A stretch of 64,000 nt of DNA from Sumerlaeia bacterium (GCA_040219255.1 JAVJSW010000042.1:1-64000); one strand, 5' to 3'. Shown: positions 28,678 to 39,718, counted from the first letter of the stretch. The notes: generated by a model from the sequence alone, not told the origin. Translations and numbers: made by a program.

Positions 28678-30834
28678 CTAGCCGTGCAGAGCTTGCGGAC
28701 CTGATTCATCGGGCATGCGCAGCCCCAGCAGTTCGACCACTTTGTCGGTTGGAATGGGCCAGCAATAGCGCCCTTCCTGCCCATTCATGCCGGCGCTGTA
28801 GAGCATGGCATTAAGCACCGCCTCCTCCGTCGCTTCGATCGTGGCTTCGTAGAGGCCATTCAAGTATTCGTCCGCCACGAATGTCATCGAGACATATCGG
28901 CTTTCGCACATCCGGTTGCGGGGCGTGCGGTTGCCGGTGCTGAAGGCGAAGACAATTTCGCCACTCGTGGTGCGGGCGCTCGACCCGGCGCGGCCCAGCC
29001 CCAAGGCGGCCCGTTTCGAAAGGCGCTGCAACTGCTGGCTGTGCATCGGCGCGTCGGTGGCCACGATCACGATGACCGAGCCATAGCTCCGGCCCCGCCT
29101 TGGCTCTGTCGGATAAAGGGGATCGAGGTCTTTGCCGATAACCCGGCCCTCGACGGTCAGGTTTTTCATGTGGCCGAAGTTCGACTGCACCAGCACCCCG
29201 ACGGTGTGGCCGCCAAGTTCCTCCGGCAGGACCCGCGAGGCACTGCCGATGCCGCCGGCGAAATCGAAGGTGGTCATCCCCGTGCCGCCGCCGACGCTCC
29301 CCTGCCTCACCGGCCCGGTGCGGGCGTCCCGGATGGCTTCGACCGCGTCCTCCGGCTTGACCGAGGGAACCATGGTGTCGTTCAGGAAACTGTCGTTCGT
29401 CTCCGCCACGATGGGAATCATCACGCCGACTTTGCGGGCCAACTCCGGATGGGTCGCAACCATGTGCTCGATCACGCCGGCATGGACGTGGCCAATGGAC
29501 ATGGTGTTCGTCAGCAGGACCGGCGTCTCCATCCAGCCCCACTCCATAGCCTGAATCAGGCCGCTCATCTCGCCGATGCCATTGAGAACGAACCCGCCAC
29601 AGGGCAGGTGATTGGTAAAGAGGTCATCCTTGTTCGGCACGATGGCCGTGACGCCCGACCGGATGCTGGTGGTTTTCTTGCCATTGCCTGGCGAATCCAC
29701 ACCGTCCGCGATATGCGTCACATGCCCAACGGCGATCCCGTCCACATCGGTGATGGAGTTCCACTGGCCGCGATCGAACCGGCCGATTCGCAGCCCCAGT
29801 TCCCGCGCCCCTTTGCGCTCGTCTGGCGGCACGTCGACCGATAAAAAGGGCTCCGTGGCCAGCGACAAACGGTACCGCCGCGCCGCCGAACGAACGATCA
29901 GATCCAAGACCTCCTCGTAAGCCAACTCCCGCGCCCGGCCCGCCTTCATCAGCGATCCTTGCGGGTGCAGACTCGGCAGCGGATTGCGCTCGATCAGATA
30001 AACGCGCCCGTCCTCGCGCATGCGAAAATCGGCACGCCCCACATCGTGACACGGCAGCGAGCTGAAAATCCGGTCCGCCATTGCCATCACGTCCTGGCGC
30101 TGGCGAGCTGTCAGCTTCGCCGGACAGTCCGTTTCCACATGACCGCCCCCTTCGCCCTGCTTCAGTTCATAATCGTAAATGTTGTATTCTCCGGTTCCGA
30201 TGAAACGGTTCTCCACGACCTCGAGCATGTGGCCGGGAAAGGCCTCGAGCATTGGCACGGTCAACTCGCGACCCGGAATGAATTCCTCGACGCAAACGCC
30301 TTCCGGGTACTCTTTGAGTAGCTTCTCGATCAGCGCCAGCGCTTCCTTCGGGGTTTCGGCCACGCTCTTGGCGCTGATGCCTTTGCTCGAACCCTCGTAG
30401 TTCGGCTTGATGAAGAGTGGATAGTCCAGGTCCTCGCTCAGCTCCTCCGCTTTCTCGCGGATCAGGGCTCCGCGCGGCACGCGCACACCGGCCGCGTGCA
30501 GCACTTCCTCTGACAACCGCTTGTCGAGATCGACCAGCAGAACCGACGGACCGGAGCCGGTGTGAGGCAGGTGAAGCTGGCGGTAAATGGCCGGGTAATA
30601 GGCCTCCCGGGCCGTACCGCCCTGGCCCTCCGCGGCGTTGAAAATCAAGTCCGGACGGCTCTCCTGCAGGGCTTGCACCAGCTCCCGTGGCGGGAGCGTC
30701 ACCTCCAGAGGCGTCACCTTATGGCCGAGGGATTCGAGCCCCCCGCCAATCCGGTCGACATCTTCCTGCAGCAGATTCTCGGCACTTCCTTCATCCTTCT
30801 CTTTTCTCAGGTTATAGGCGAATGTGATACGCAT
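28678..30834 (-). CDS. fusion: D-Ala-D-Ala ligase-like ATP-grasp + DmpA (S58/P1) aminopeptidase
   Basis: N-half FNAAEG, HTGSG, KPNYEGSSKGI, EEFIPGRE, RADFR, ERNPLP; C-half NSITDVDG..VGH, LTNT, GSVGGGTGM, GGIGSASR, GSVIVIVATDAP. Confidence 0.88.
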   Translation of the reverse strand: MRITFAYNLRKEKDEGSAENLLQEDVDRIGGGLESLGHKVTPLEVTLPPRELVQALQESRPDLIFNAAEGQGGTAREAYYPAIYRQLHLPHTGSGPSVLLVDLDKRLSEEVLHAAGVRVPRGALIREKAEELSEDLDYPLFIKPNYEGSSKGISAKSVAETPKEALALIEKLLKEYPEGVCVEEFIPGRELTVPMLEAFPGHMLEVVENRFIGTGEYNIYDYELKQGEGGGHVETDCPAKLTARQRQDVMAMADRIFSSLPCHDVGRADFRMREDGRVYLIERNPLPSLHPQGSLMKAGRARELAYEEVLDLIVRSAARRYRLSLATEPFLSVDVPPDERKGARELGLRIGRFDRGQWNSITDVDGIAVGHVTHIADGVDSPGNGKKTTSIRSGVTAIVPNKDDLFTNHLPCGGFVLNGIGEMSGLIQAMEWGWMETPVLLTNTMSIGHVHAGVIEHMVATHPELARKVGVMIPIVAETNDSFLNDTMVPSVKPEDAVEAIRDARTGPVRQGSVGGGTGMTTFDFAGGIGSASRVLPEELGGHTVGVLVQSNFGHMKNLTVEGRVIGKDLDPLYPTEPRRGRSYGSVIVIVATDAPMHSQQLQRLSKRAALGLGRAGSSARTTSGEIVFAFSTGNRTPRNRMCESRYVSMTFVADEYLNGLYEATIEATEEAVLNAMLYSAGMNGQEGRYCWPIPTDKVVELLGLRMPDESGPQALHG

Positions 30835-31012
30835 GGGCGGTCGACTCGTTTCTTCCAAATCATCTTTGATGCGTAAGGAAGCAAGCGCGGCACCATACCC
30901 GGACGCCGAATTCTCGGCCCCTTCGCGCTCCGGCCCCGCTCCTCCTTGCGCCCCGATCGCGCCTTCCGTTAACGCTCGTCCAACTCCTGGAAAGCGCCCG
31001 GCTCCACCGCCC

Positions 31013-31777
31013 ATGATTTTTTTCGCTTTGCCTCTCGGTTTGATGGACGTGCCTCTGCGCCGGCGAGGCATACTGGCCTACGTCATTGCCGCTCTGATCG
31101 CCTGGCGACTTTTTCTAGCGATGATCTGGAGCCCTTTGCAGGTCAACATGGCGGCTTGGTTGCCGGTGCGCGATTGGGACGCGCGGTTTCTTTCGGCTTT
31201 CGTGCAAAGCCTCTTCACGCCGGGATTCCTGCCCGGGATGATGCCAGCCGACCACATGACCGTGATTCTGTTGGCGGTGGCCTCGCTGGTCCTGTTCTGG
31301 TTGTTGTTCGGCCCCGCGCTCGAAGACCGGCTGGGCCGCGTGGGGCTCAGCCTGCTCTACTTAGGCGGCGCGGGAGTTGGAGTGCTGCTGGGCTCCTTTC
31401 CCGCTGTCTTCGCCGTTTCCCACGCCTTCTGGCTCGGTCTCGCCAGCGGCCTCGTCTGCCTCGGCGCCTGTTACGTGCTCTTCGCCCTCGAAGACGTCCG
31501 CTTCGCTTACGCGCTGTGGATTTTTCCCTTCGTGGCCCGCACCGGTGAATTCACTCTGCCCGGCCTCGTCATCCTGATTCCTCTGCACTTGCTCCTGATG
31601 GCCACGCAGGCGCTGGCATTCTACAAGGGCGACACGCCCATCCCCGACGGCGCGATCCCGGCCATCGCCTGGACGGGTCTGCTGCCGCTGATGGCGGCGG
31701 CGGTGATCTGGTGTTATGGTGAGGTCTTGCGGTGGCTTGGGGGAAAGGTCGCCACGGAGAAGCTCGCCCGGCCTTAG
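31013..31777 (+). CDS. rhomboid-like membrane protein, probably catalytically inactive
   Basis: FGPALEDRLGR..LYL.G motif and multiple TM helices; GASG and catalytic His not intact. Confidence 0.6.
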   Translation: MIFFALPLGLMDVPLRRRGILAYVIAALIAWRLFLAMIWSPLQVNMAAWLPVRDWDARFLSAFVQSLFTPGFLPGMMPADHMTVILLAVASLVLFWLLFGPALEDRLGRVGLSLLYLGGAGVGVLLGSFPAVFAVSHAFWLGLASGLVCLGACYVLFALEDVRFAYALWIFPFVARTGEFTLPGLVILIPLHLLLMATQALAFYKGDTPIPDGAIPAIAWTGLLPLMAAAVIWCYGEVLRWLGGKVATEKLARP

Positions 31778-33216
31778 TTTTTCCCCGCCGAGGCCCGAAT
31801 CGTTTCCGCCTTCGCCAACGCCGACTCGAGCGCTTCCTCCGCCGTCTTGCGCTGGTTCAGCATGGCGCTGACTTCCCGTTGGAAGATGGTCCGCACGTTG
31901 TCCCACCAGATCGGCGCTGGTTCGAACTCCGCCCGCTCCAGACTCGAAAAGGCGTTCGCGAAGTTCGGATTTTCTTCCATGTAGGCCCGCATCTCGGGCA
32001 GTTCCGCCGCCGATTTGCGCACCGGCATGTAACCCGTCTCGCGTGCCCACTGGGCGGTTTTTTCCTTGCTGGCCAGGAACTTCATGAACTCCCAGGCGCC
32101 GAGTTGCACTTCGTCCGGCAGACGGCTCTGCTCCGTATAGCCCTGGCGGAAAATGCCCACGTTGGTCCCCTGCGCCAGCACCCGCCCATCGGTGTCGGCG
32201 TCGCGGCTCGGCATCGGGTAGGCCCGCCAGATGAACTTGTTTCCCACCGCCATGTCGTTGAAGGGAAAGGACGCCGTCGAGCTGATGTACATGCCGATGA
32301 TGCCGGCGCCGAAGGGGCTGTTGAGATAGTTGGACTCGACATAGCCGATACGTCCGTCGTCCTCGCCGAGAGCCAATTGGCGCAGGAATTCGAGCGCCGC
32401 CTGCCCCTCCTCATTGGCAAAGGTGAATTCGTTCATGTCGTGGTCCATATAGTTCCCGCCCGCCGACATCAGCAGCGGCGTGAACGCCTCGATGAACGGC
32501 CGCACGGCGAACCCATAGCGCTCGATGTTGCCGTCCTCGTCACGCTTCGTCATCCGACGCGCCACCTCCAGCATCTCGTCCCACGTCTCCGGCGGACCTT
32601 CGTAACCCAGTTCCTTCAGCAGCGTGTCGTTCACAAAAAGCACGTAGACCGACTTGTTGAAGGGCAGGGTCACCAGCGTGGTCTCGCCGTTCTGGTAATC
32701 GAGCCGGTAGCCATCCTCGGTCTTCGTCAGCGGATAGGACGAGTCCACGCGGAAAGAATCGATGAGGTCATCGACGTCCTCTCGCGTGAACTCCGGGTCG
32801 ACTTCGATGAAAGCCTCGACCGGCTGAAGGCACTGGAACTTGAGGAAACGCGTGACCCAGGACTCGTACATTTGCGAGCAGGCCGGTTGCTGGCCCGCGT
32901 AAAGGGACGCGATGAGTTTTTGCTGCAACTCGTTGTACCGGCCCTGATAGGTTGAAACGACGTAGTACGGATTGTCCGGCAGAGCATTGAATTCATCGAT
33001 GATAGCGTTCAGGCTACGGGCTTGGCCACCGCCCATGGCGTGCCAGAAGGTGACCTCGATGCGGCCCTCACTGGGCGCTTCGGTGCGCCGGAAATCCTCG
33101 GCGGTGCGGGCTTCCGCGGAGCAACCCAGCAGCCCCGCCACCAAAACCAAGCAGGCCATCGCGCCCAATGCGCGCGCCAGAAGCTTCACTCTTTTCGCAA
33201 TCACGAGCCCAACCAT
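31774..33216 (-). CDS. ABC transporter substrate-binding lipoprotein (UgpB/sugar family 1)
   Basis: Lipobox LLGC, VTFWHAM, LPFNKS, PETWDE, AWEFMKFL, TGYMPVRKSA. Confidence 0.9.
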   Translation of the reverse strand: MVGLVIAKRVKLLARALGAMACLVLVAGLLGCSAEARTAEDFRRTEAPSEGRIEVTFWHAMGGGQARSLNAIIDEFNALPDNPYYVVSTYQGRYNELQQKLIASLYAGQQPACSQMYESWVTRFLKFQCLQPVEAFIEVDPEFTREDVDDLIDSFRVDSSYPLTKTEDGYRLDYQNGETTLVTLPFNKSVYVLFVNDTLLKELGYEGPPETWDEMLEVARRMTKRDEDGNIERYGFAVRPFIEAFTPLLMSAGGNYMDHDMNEFTFANEEGQAALEFLRQLALGEDDGRIGYVESNYLNSPFGAGIIGMYISSTASFPFNDMAVGNKFIWRAYPMPSRDADTDGRVLAQGTNVGIFRQGYTEQSRLPDEVQLGAWEFMKFLASKEKTAQWARETGYMPVRKSAAELPEMRAYMEENPNFANAFSSLERAEFEPAPIWWDNVRTIFQREVSAMLNQRKTAEEALESALAKAETIRASAGKN

Positions 33217-33342
33217 CCTCGTTCGTAGAGTTCAAAACGACCCATCGGCCGGGCAGAGCGTGAAAGAACCCCCACGCTCCACGCAAGGAGAAGGCGCCAT
33301 GAACCTCTGTTAGGGAATCGTGGGCAGCGCCGGGGGGCGTGC

Positions 33343-34956
33343 CTAATCCAAGCTGTAGCCTTCGAGCGATGGCGCGAGGAAAGGGGTGAGAATGGCGAAG
33401 CCGCGGCTATTTCGCCGAATGAAAATCAGGCTGGCGCCCTCATCCGGCTCAACAGCCCCCGGGTCGCCCATGGAGGTGGTCAGAATCCGGAGCGACAAAT
33501 CCCGGCCGTCGAAAAGCACGATCTCCCAGGTGGACGGTTCTCCGGTCGATCGCTGGGCGCTCCAGATAACCTGGTCCGGAGGCACAAGGAAGTCGCGGTC
33601 GGGAGAGAAAGCGATCAGATCGATGGTCGCAGCTTCCTCCAGCTTCTCCGCCGGCCCTTCGGGAAAGAGGGGAATGCGCCACAGTTCCTGAAAGCCGCCA
33701 ACCCGGATCAGCGTCACAAAAAGCTGCGTCTTGGCCGGGTTGAACTGCATTTCATGGACTTGAACGACACCCGTCCCGAAGGCCTGCTCCAAGTCGAATT
33801 GCCCCCGCAGTCCGCTCGGGGGGCGAGCCATGACAAACAGCGTGTCGCTGGTGGCGCCGGATAGGAAATTGCCGTCTTTGGCAACACCAACGCTCACGAG
33901 TTGCGCATTGGCGCGGGCCTCGGAAGGGCCATCGATTTCCCTGGCTTGGCCGTAAAGAAGAGAAATGAGCCGCCCATCGGACGCCAGAATCGCGTCGAAT
34001 TCCGCACTTTCTCCCGTGCGGAAGACTTGAGGATTTGTGTCGCGCAGGAGGAGTGTGGGCGTCGTCTCGGCGAGCAATTCCAAATAGTAAACGGCGATCG
34101 GTGAAGTGACTTCATCGTCAGCAACAGTGCGAATGTAAAGATCCGTGGGAACAAGGATTGGCGCTTTGACCAGGAATTCGACGACTTGTTCACCGGCAGG
34201 CAGGCCGAGCGACTGCTGGAAGACGACATCGGCGCGGGTTGGACTGATGGCGAGCAGAACCCGGTCGTCTCCCCCGCTCTTCAGGGCCGCCTCCACGATC
34301 AGGGTCTTGGTGAAGGTGCCAAGCACCGACAAGAGCCGCACTGGCTCCCAGTCTGACGGTCCGAAATCGAACAGCGTCGTCTGGTCCAAGGCTCCACCGC
34401 TGAAATCCAGCAAATCCACCTTCAGCTCGCCCGGATCATCAGTCGAGTTCTCCGAATAGAGCACATAAACGTGATCGTCCGCCTCCAGCGCCTGCCAGAT
34501 GCGGCCATCGGGCAAGTCCAGCACCGCCAGCGATTGAGACGTCTCGGTCGCATCCTGTGCCAGAATCAAGCTATTGAACCGCCTCGCCTGGCCATTGCCA
34601 ACGTTCGAAAACGCCGGGATGAGGACGTGTGCGTTGTCATTCGGAAACAGAATGGAGGAGCCGAGGTAGGGCTCGATACCGTCCGGGAAGGGCGCGTTTT
34701 CCTGCAGCAGCCGCCCATAATAGTTGAAGTGAGTACTGCGGCCATCAGCTCCGGTGAACAGCAGCGCCGTCGGCACGCTGAAGCCTTCAACCAGAAACTC
34801 GTTCGAAAACCCATCCCCCGCGAACGGATCGCCCTGGCCGCCGAGGCCGCCGGGCAGTGGAACAATGGACTGCGCCGGCAAGGTGCCACCTAGAGCTAAG
34901 AGAAGACCAACAAGGCCAAAGAAAAGGGAGGGCGAACTCCCCGAGCAGGATTTCAT
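33343..34956 (-). CDS. hypothetical secreted protein
   Basis: Signal peptide (..LPA|Q), beta-rich acidic body; ATGA-coupled to the upstream ATPase. Confidence 0.7.
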   Translation of the reverse strand: MKSCSGSSPSLFFGLVGLLLALGGTLPAQSIVPLPGGLGGQGDPFAGDGFSNEFLVEGFSVPTALLFTGADGRSTHFNYYGRLLQENAPFPDGIEPYLGSSILFPNDNAHVLIPAFSNVGNGQARRFNSLILAQDATETSQSLAVLDLPDGRIWQALEADDHVYVLYSENSTDDPGELKVDLLDFSGGALDQTTLFDFGPSDWEPVRLLSVLGTFTKTLIVEAALKSGGDDRVLLAISPTRADVVFQQSLGLPAGEQVVEFLVKAPILVPTDLYIRTVADDEVTSPIAVYYLELLAETTPTLLLRDTNPQVFRTGESAEFDAILASDGRLISLLYGQAREIDGPSEARANAQLVSVGVAKDGNFLSGATSDTLFVMARPPSGLRGQFDLEQAFGTGVVQVHEMQFNPAKTQLFVTLIRVGGFQELWRIPLFPEGPAEKLEEAATIDLIAFSPDRDFLVPPDQVIWSAQRSTGEPSTWEIVLFDGRDLSLRILTTSMGDPGAVEPDEGASLIFIRRNSRGFAILTPFLAPSLEGYSLD

Positions 34957-36767
34957 TCCAGCAGTCCTCGTTTTGCCTGCTTTTCCCGGATTTCCTCCGG
35001 CGTGATGCGCGGGATCGATTCGATCAGCCGCTCGGTGTAGGGGTCTTTCGGGTGATGGTACACTTCCTCCGCCGGGCCCGCTTCCACGATTTTGCCCGCG
35101 TACATCACTGCGATGTCATCACTCATGTATTTGATGACCGAAAGGTCGTGGCTGATGAAGATGTAGGACAGCCCGAGATCGTCCTGCAGATCCTTGAGAA
35201 GATTCAGGATCTGGGCCTGCACTGACACGTCGAGGGCGGACACCGATTCGTCGCAGATGATCATTTCCGGTTCCACCGCCAGCGAGCGGGCGATGGCGAT
35301 GCGCTGACGCTGACCGCCGGAGAACTCGTGCGGGAATCGCTTCATGGCGTCCGCCGGCATGCCGCATTTTTCCAGCAGCTCCGCCACCTTGTCCACGCGT
35401 TCTCGTGGGTTGGGATAGAGGTTGTGGATCACCATGCCCTCCATCACCGCCTGCTTGATGGTCATGCGGGGATTGAGCGAGCTGTAAGGGTCCTGGAAAA
35501 TCATCTGGATGCGCTTGCGGGCCGAGCGCAGCGCCCCGCCCTTGAGATGGGAGAAGTCCTGGCCTTCGAACTCCACCTTGCCGCCGGTCGGTTCCACCAG
35601 CCGCAGAATCGCCCGGCCGGTCGTCGTCTTGCCGCAACCCGACTCGCCCACCAGGCCCAGCGTATGGCCTTTGTGGACCTGGAAGGAAATACCGTCGACG
35701 GCCTTCACCATGCCGACGGTCTTGCTGAAAAAGCCCTTCTTGATCGGGAAGTGAACCTGCAAGTCTTGTACTTCCAGGATCACGGGGCGCGCATGGACGT
35801 CCTTGTGGCGCGCTTTGATTTCTTCGTCGCTGTAAACGTGGCAGCTCTTCGCCAGACCCCGCGCGTCGAGTTCCTCGCCCCCCTCGAGGAAATCCGCCAC
35901 CGTGCGCAAGCGATCGACCTTGACGTCGAGTGGCGGCCGGCACGCCAGCAGGCCCTGGGTGTAGGGGTGCTGGGGCCGGGTGAGGATTTCATGCACCGGG
36001 CCGAATTCCACCAGTTCGCCGCGGAACATGACCGCTACGTAGTCGCTGATTTCCGCGATCACACCCAGGTCATGGCTGATAAACATGATGGCCATGCCGC
36101 GGTCGTCGCGCAATTTCAGCATCAGTTCCAGAATCTGCTTCTGAATCGTCACGTCCAACGCCGTCGTCGGCTCGTCCGCGATCAGCAGCTTGGGGTCGCA
36201 AGCCAACGCCATCGCGATCATCACGCGCTGCTTCTGACCACCCGACATCTGGTGCGGATAGGAGCCGAAGCGGCGCTCGGGGTCGGGAATGCCGACCTCG
36301 TCGAAGAGGGTGATGACGCGTTTCTTGGCCTCCTGCTTCGAAACGTTCTGATGGATGATGATGGCCTCGGCGACTTGATCCCCGACGGTGAAGACGGGGT
36401 TGAGCGACGTCATCGGTTCCTGGAAAATCATGGAAACGTCACGGCCGCGAATGCCGCGCAGTTTCCTCTCGGAAACCTCCAGCAGATTGTCGCCATTGAA
36501 GTAGATGGCTCCGCCCTTGAAAACTCCCGGCGGCGTCGGGATCAGCCGCAGGATGCTCATCGCCGTCACCGACTTGCCCGAGCCCGACTCGCCCACCACG
36601 CCAAGGGTCTGACCGGCGGCCAGGCGGATCGAGATCTCCTTGACCGCCTCCACCTCGTCGCGGTCCGGCGTCTTGAAGGAAACCTGAAGGTTTTCGATGC
36701 TCAGAAGGGGACGGCCGCTCGCATTGGCCGGTGTCTCCGTCTGGGTCGGGGTCGAAGTTTCCGTCAT
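34953..36767 (-). CDS. peptide/nickel-type ABC transporter ATP-binding protein with two ATPase domains
   Basis: GESGSGKS and [16 protein letters not shown] and [14 protein letters not shown] and CDESVS. Confidence 0.95.
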   Translation of the reverse strand: MTETSTPTQTETPANASGRPLLSIENLQVSFKTPDRDEVEAVKEISIRLAAGQTLGVVGESGSGKSVTAMSILRLIPTPPGVFKGGAIYFNGDNLLEVSERKLRGIRGRDVSMIFQEPMTSLNPVFTVGDQVAEAIIIHQNVSKQEAKKRVITLFDEVGIPDPERRFGSYPHQMSGGQKQRVMIAMALACDPKLLIADEPTTALDVTIQKQILELMLKLRDDRGMAIMFISHDLGVIAEISDYVAVMFRGELVEFGPVHEILTRPQHPYTQGLLACRPPLDVKVDRLRTVADFLEGGEELDARGLAKSCHVYSDEEIKARHKDVHARPVILEVQDLQVHFPIKKGFFSKTVGMVKAVDGISFQVHKGHTLGLVGESGCGKTTTGRAILRLVEPTGGKVEFEGQDFSHLKGGALRSARKRIQMIFQDPYSSLNPRMTIKQAVMEGMVIHNLYPNPRERVDKVAELLEKCGMPADAMKRFPHEFSGGQRQRIAIARSLAVEPEMIICDESVSALDVSVQAQILNLLKDLQDDLGLSYIFISHDLSVIKYMSDDIAVMYAGKIVEAGPAEEVYHHPKDPYTERLIESIPRITPEEIREKQAKRGLLE

Positions 36768-36849
36768 GGGCGCGTATCCTGTGCGTCGAAAATGTGTGGC
36801 ATAGTGGTGTGCCGGAGCCAGCGGCGGGCCGTCAAGCCATCGCTGAACC

Positions 36850-37749
36850 TCAGCGGTTCAAGAACTTGCGGGCGATCATCGTTTCCGTCGCCACCTCGGC
36901 GAAAGGCACAAACCGTTTTCGCGCCAATTGCAGCATGGGCTGGTTGTTCGCCATCACGCGAAAGATCGTCTTCTTCAAATGCGCCGGTTCGCCTCCGGCC
37001 TGCTTTTTCAGCGCCACGCACACCAACTGCAGGCCAAGACCGGTGCCTTGATAGCGCTTATCCACATGCAGGCAGCAGTGCTCGACGGTGTCTTCCGCCG
37101 TCTGGAACGCGATCGTCCAGCCGACCACATCCCCGCCCTTGCGCAGGCCGAAGCTAAGTTCAGGCACAAAACGGTCGTCGAAAGCGAAGGGATCGAGCGC
37201 GGCCGGATGGCCGTCCTCCGCGCCGCGGCCGGCCTGGATCCGCCGCCGTTCCTCCAGCGTCAGACGCCCCCACGGAAAGGCCTCGAAACCCTCCGGCAGG
37301 GAAACCTCCTCCAGCCACGGCAGGTTCGCCGGTTCGCCCCGCGCCTGAATATGAAGCGTCTCCGGCTGCGCAAACCCTGTCTTCGAAAGGATGCGTTCGA
37401 TGGCCTCGCGATTGGGCCAATCGGTCCGGTATTGCAGCGTTACGCCCCGCAGGCCTTTCTCCTTCAGCTTCATCAGCAGACCGCTCATTAACTGAAAGCC
37501 AATGCCTTGCTTGCGGTGGGCGGGTAGTACGCGCCACGTGATAACCTGCGCCACTGGTTGCTCGGGGTGGAGTTCCGCCACGATCGCCCCGACGGGGGCT
37601 TGACCGTCCCCCGCCGCCACGCCAAACAGCGGCCCCTTGGGCTTGTCGGCGTACCACAGCTTGGACACCGGCGGAAAAGTCAGGTCCTCGCGCTTGAGCA
37701 GCACCTGCGGGTCGAGATTCTCCAAGAGTCTAAGGGCAACGGCGGTCAT
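36850..37749 (-). CDS. tandem-domain GNAT N-acetyltransferase
   Basis: Two motif-A copies (HRKQGIG, YQGTGLG), N..M. Confidence 0.85.
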   Translation of the reverse strand: MTAVALRLLENLDPQVLLKREDLTFPPVSKLWYADKPKGPLFGVAAGDGQAPVGAIVAELHPEQPVAQVITWRVLPAHRKQGIGFQLMSGLLMKLKEKGLRGVTLQYRTDWPNREAIERILSKTGFAQPETLHIQARGEPANLPWLEEVSLPEGFEAFPWGRLTLEERRRIQAGRGAEDGHPAALDPFAFDDRFVPELSFGLRKGGDVVGWTIAFQTAEDTVEHCCLHVDKRYQGTGLGLQLVCVALKKQAGGEPAHLKKTIFRVMANNQPMLQLARKRFVPFAEVATETMIARKFLNR

Positions 37750-37752
37750 CGA

Positions 37753-38844
37753 TCATCCTCGGCCATAAAGTTCCACGGTCTTGCGCACACTCTCTTCCAC
37801 GGAGAAGAGCCGGGCGCGAGCGAAAGCGGCGCGGCCGGCTTCGGCGATTTTCTCCGGCGCCGCCTGCAAGCCCCGCAGCACCGGAACCCACGCCTCCACG
37901 TCATCCGGCAGGACATAGCCCCCGTTGCCCTCGCCGCCAAAGACCTCGCGGTTCGGCGGGATGTCGCACACCAAAGAGCCGCGCCCTTGGGCGCACACTT
38001 CCAGCAGCGTGTTCGGGAACCCCTCGCGCTCGCTGCTCGACAGATAGAAATCCGCCGCTCGGATCAGGGGACGGATGTCCGTCTGCCAGCCGTGGAACGT
38101 GACCGCGTCCTCGATGGCGAGTTCCGCCACGAGGCGCTGCATCTTGCCCATTTTCGGGCCGTCGCCCGCCAGATCCAGCCGTACCGGTACCCCGGCCCTC
38201 TGAGCCGCCGACACGATCCGCAGGGCCAAATCGGCCCGCTTGGCCGTCACAAAACGTCCCGCCCACAGCAATCGCAGCGGTTCCGCCTCGCCCCCTGGCC
38301 GGTCTCGCGGAGGGGCGGCCTCGGAGGGGACTTCCACCCCGTTGTGGATCAGGGCGATCTTGCCCGCCGGCAGTCCGGCGGCGAGCAGCGGTTCGCGGAC
38401 CGACTCGCTGACCGCCACCAGCGCGTCGGCGGCGCGGCTCAGCAGCCGGGCGCTTCGCTCCTGGCCCGGGCCGCTGAAGGGAGTCTGGCTGTGATAACCG
38501 TTCACGATCCGCAGCCCGCCTTTGCACGCCACGAATGCCCCGTTCACCGCGCAGTTGGCCGCGTGCATGTGCGAATGAACGATGTCGAACCGTCCCGCCT
38601 GGACCAGTTTCCGCAGCCGCCACAGCCCCACCGGATCGAGCCGCGAGCGGAACGGCACCATATGCACCGTCGCACCGGCGTCGCGAAAGGCAGAGGCCAT
38701 ATCTCCCTCTTCCTTCAGACACGCGACCTCGACCGCGACGCCCGCGTCCCTCAACAGCGGAACCATCCGCAGCATCATGCGTTGCACGCCACCCGTTTGC
38801 AGATCGTAAATCACGCGCAGGACACGCAGGGGCGGTGGATTCAT
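37753..38844 (-). CDS. glycosyltransferase family 4
   Basis: GGVQR, IVHSH, AVSESV, IHNGV, SEREGFPNTLLE. Confidence 0.92.
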   Translation of the reverse strand: MNPPPLRVLRVIYDLQTGGVQRMMLRMVPLLRDAGVAVEVACLKEEGDMASAFRDAGATVHMVPFRSRLDPVGLWRLRKLVQAGRFDIVHSHMHAANCAVNGAFVACKGGLRIVNGYHSQTPFSGPGQERSARLLSRAADALVAVSESVREPLLAAGLPAGKIALIHNGVEVPSEAAPPRDRPGGEAEPLRLLWAGRFVTAKRADLALRIVSAAQRAGVPVRLDLAGDGPKMGKMQRLVAELAIEDAVTFHGWQTDIRPLIRAADFYLSSSEREGFPNTLLEVCAQGRGSLVCDIPPNREVFGGEGNGGYVLPDDVEAWVPVLRGLQAAPEKIAEAGRAAFARARLFSVEESVRKTVELYGRG

Positions 38845-39108
38845 ACCTTCCGCAGCCCGCAGGCGTTCTTGCCGACTGACTCGGTCCCGGCGAACGGGGC
38901 AATGCAAACAACCGCCGACAGCGGACAAACGGCGAAGAACCGGAGGAAGCAAACGCGTCGAATCATCATGCCCGACATTGCTGGGCCCTCCGCTTTGTCG
39001 TCAAGTCGCGGATGAACCGGCACTTCCCTTGCGCCGCAGAGCGTGGATGGGCTCACTGCCGCCAGAAACGATTTCCCTTTGACACAGTAAGGACCAGAGC
39101 GAGTCATT

Positions 39109-39591
39109 ATGCTCTCACGAATCCTCTCCATTCTCCAGGAAAACGCCCGCCTCACCAGCGGCCAGATCGCCGAGCGCCTCGGCGAAGACGCCGCCGAAGT
39201 GGACCGCGTCCTCGCGGAAGCCGAAACCGCCGGCAAAATCCGCGGCTACCGCATCATCACCAGCGACGATGTCCATCCCGACGACCACGTCGTCAGTGTC
39301 GTCGAGGTGGGTCTCGTGCCCGAGCGCGACCGAGGCTTCGACCGCATCGCCGAGCGCATCGCCCGATTCCCGGAGGTCCTGTCCTGCGCCCTCATGAGCG
39401 GCTCCTACGATTTGTTGGTGACGGTCAAGGGCCGCTCGCTCCAAACCGTGGCATCGTTCGTCAGCGAACGACTCGCCACCATCGAAGGCGTCCGCTCCAC
39501 CCGGACACACTTCGTCCTTAAGCGATACAAGGAGGACGGCGTCATCCTCTTTGGCGAAGAAGAGCCAACCCGCCTTCCCGTCTCGCCCTAA
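39109..39591 (+). CDS. Lrp/AsnC family transcriptional regulator
   Basis: N-terminal HTH (LQENARLT..IAE.LG), MSGSYDL, THFVLKRYK. Confidence 0.93.
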   Translation: MLSRILSILQENARLTSGQIAERLGEDAAEVDRVLAEAETAGKIRGYRIITSDDVHPDDHVVSVVEVGLVPERDRGFDRIAERIARFPEVLSCALMSGSYDLLVTVKGRSLQTVASFVSERLATIEGVRSTRTHFVLKRYKEDGVILFGEEEPTRLPVSP

Positions 39592-39718
39592 GATAAAAAG
39601 CCGCCTTGCGCTGCGGCGTCCTCTCGACTCTTCTTTTTCCTTAGAGGCTGGAAAAAGGCGTTCCCTTCACACCGAACCGCCGCCCCTTCCACCCACCCCC
39701 GCGACAGGATCGACTTCT

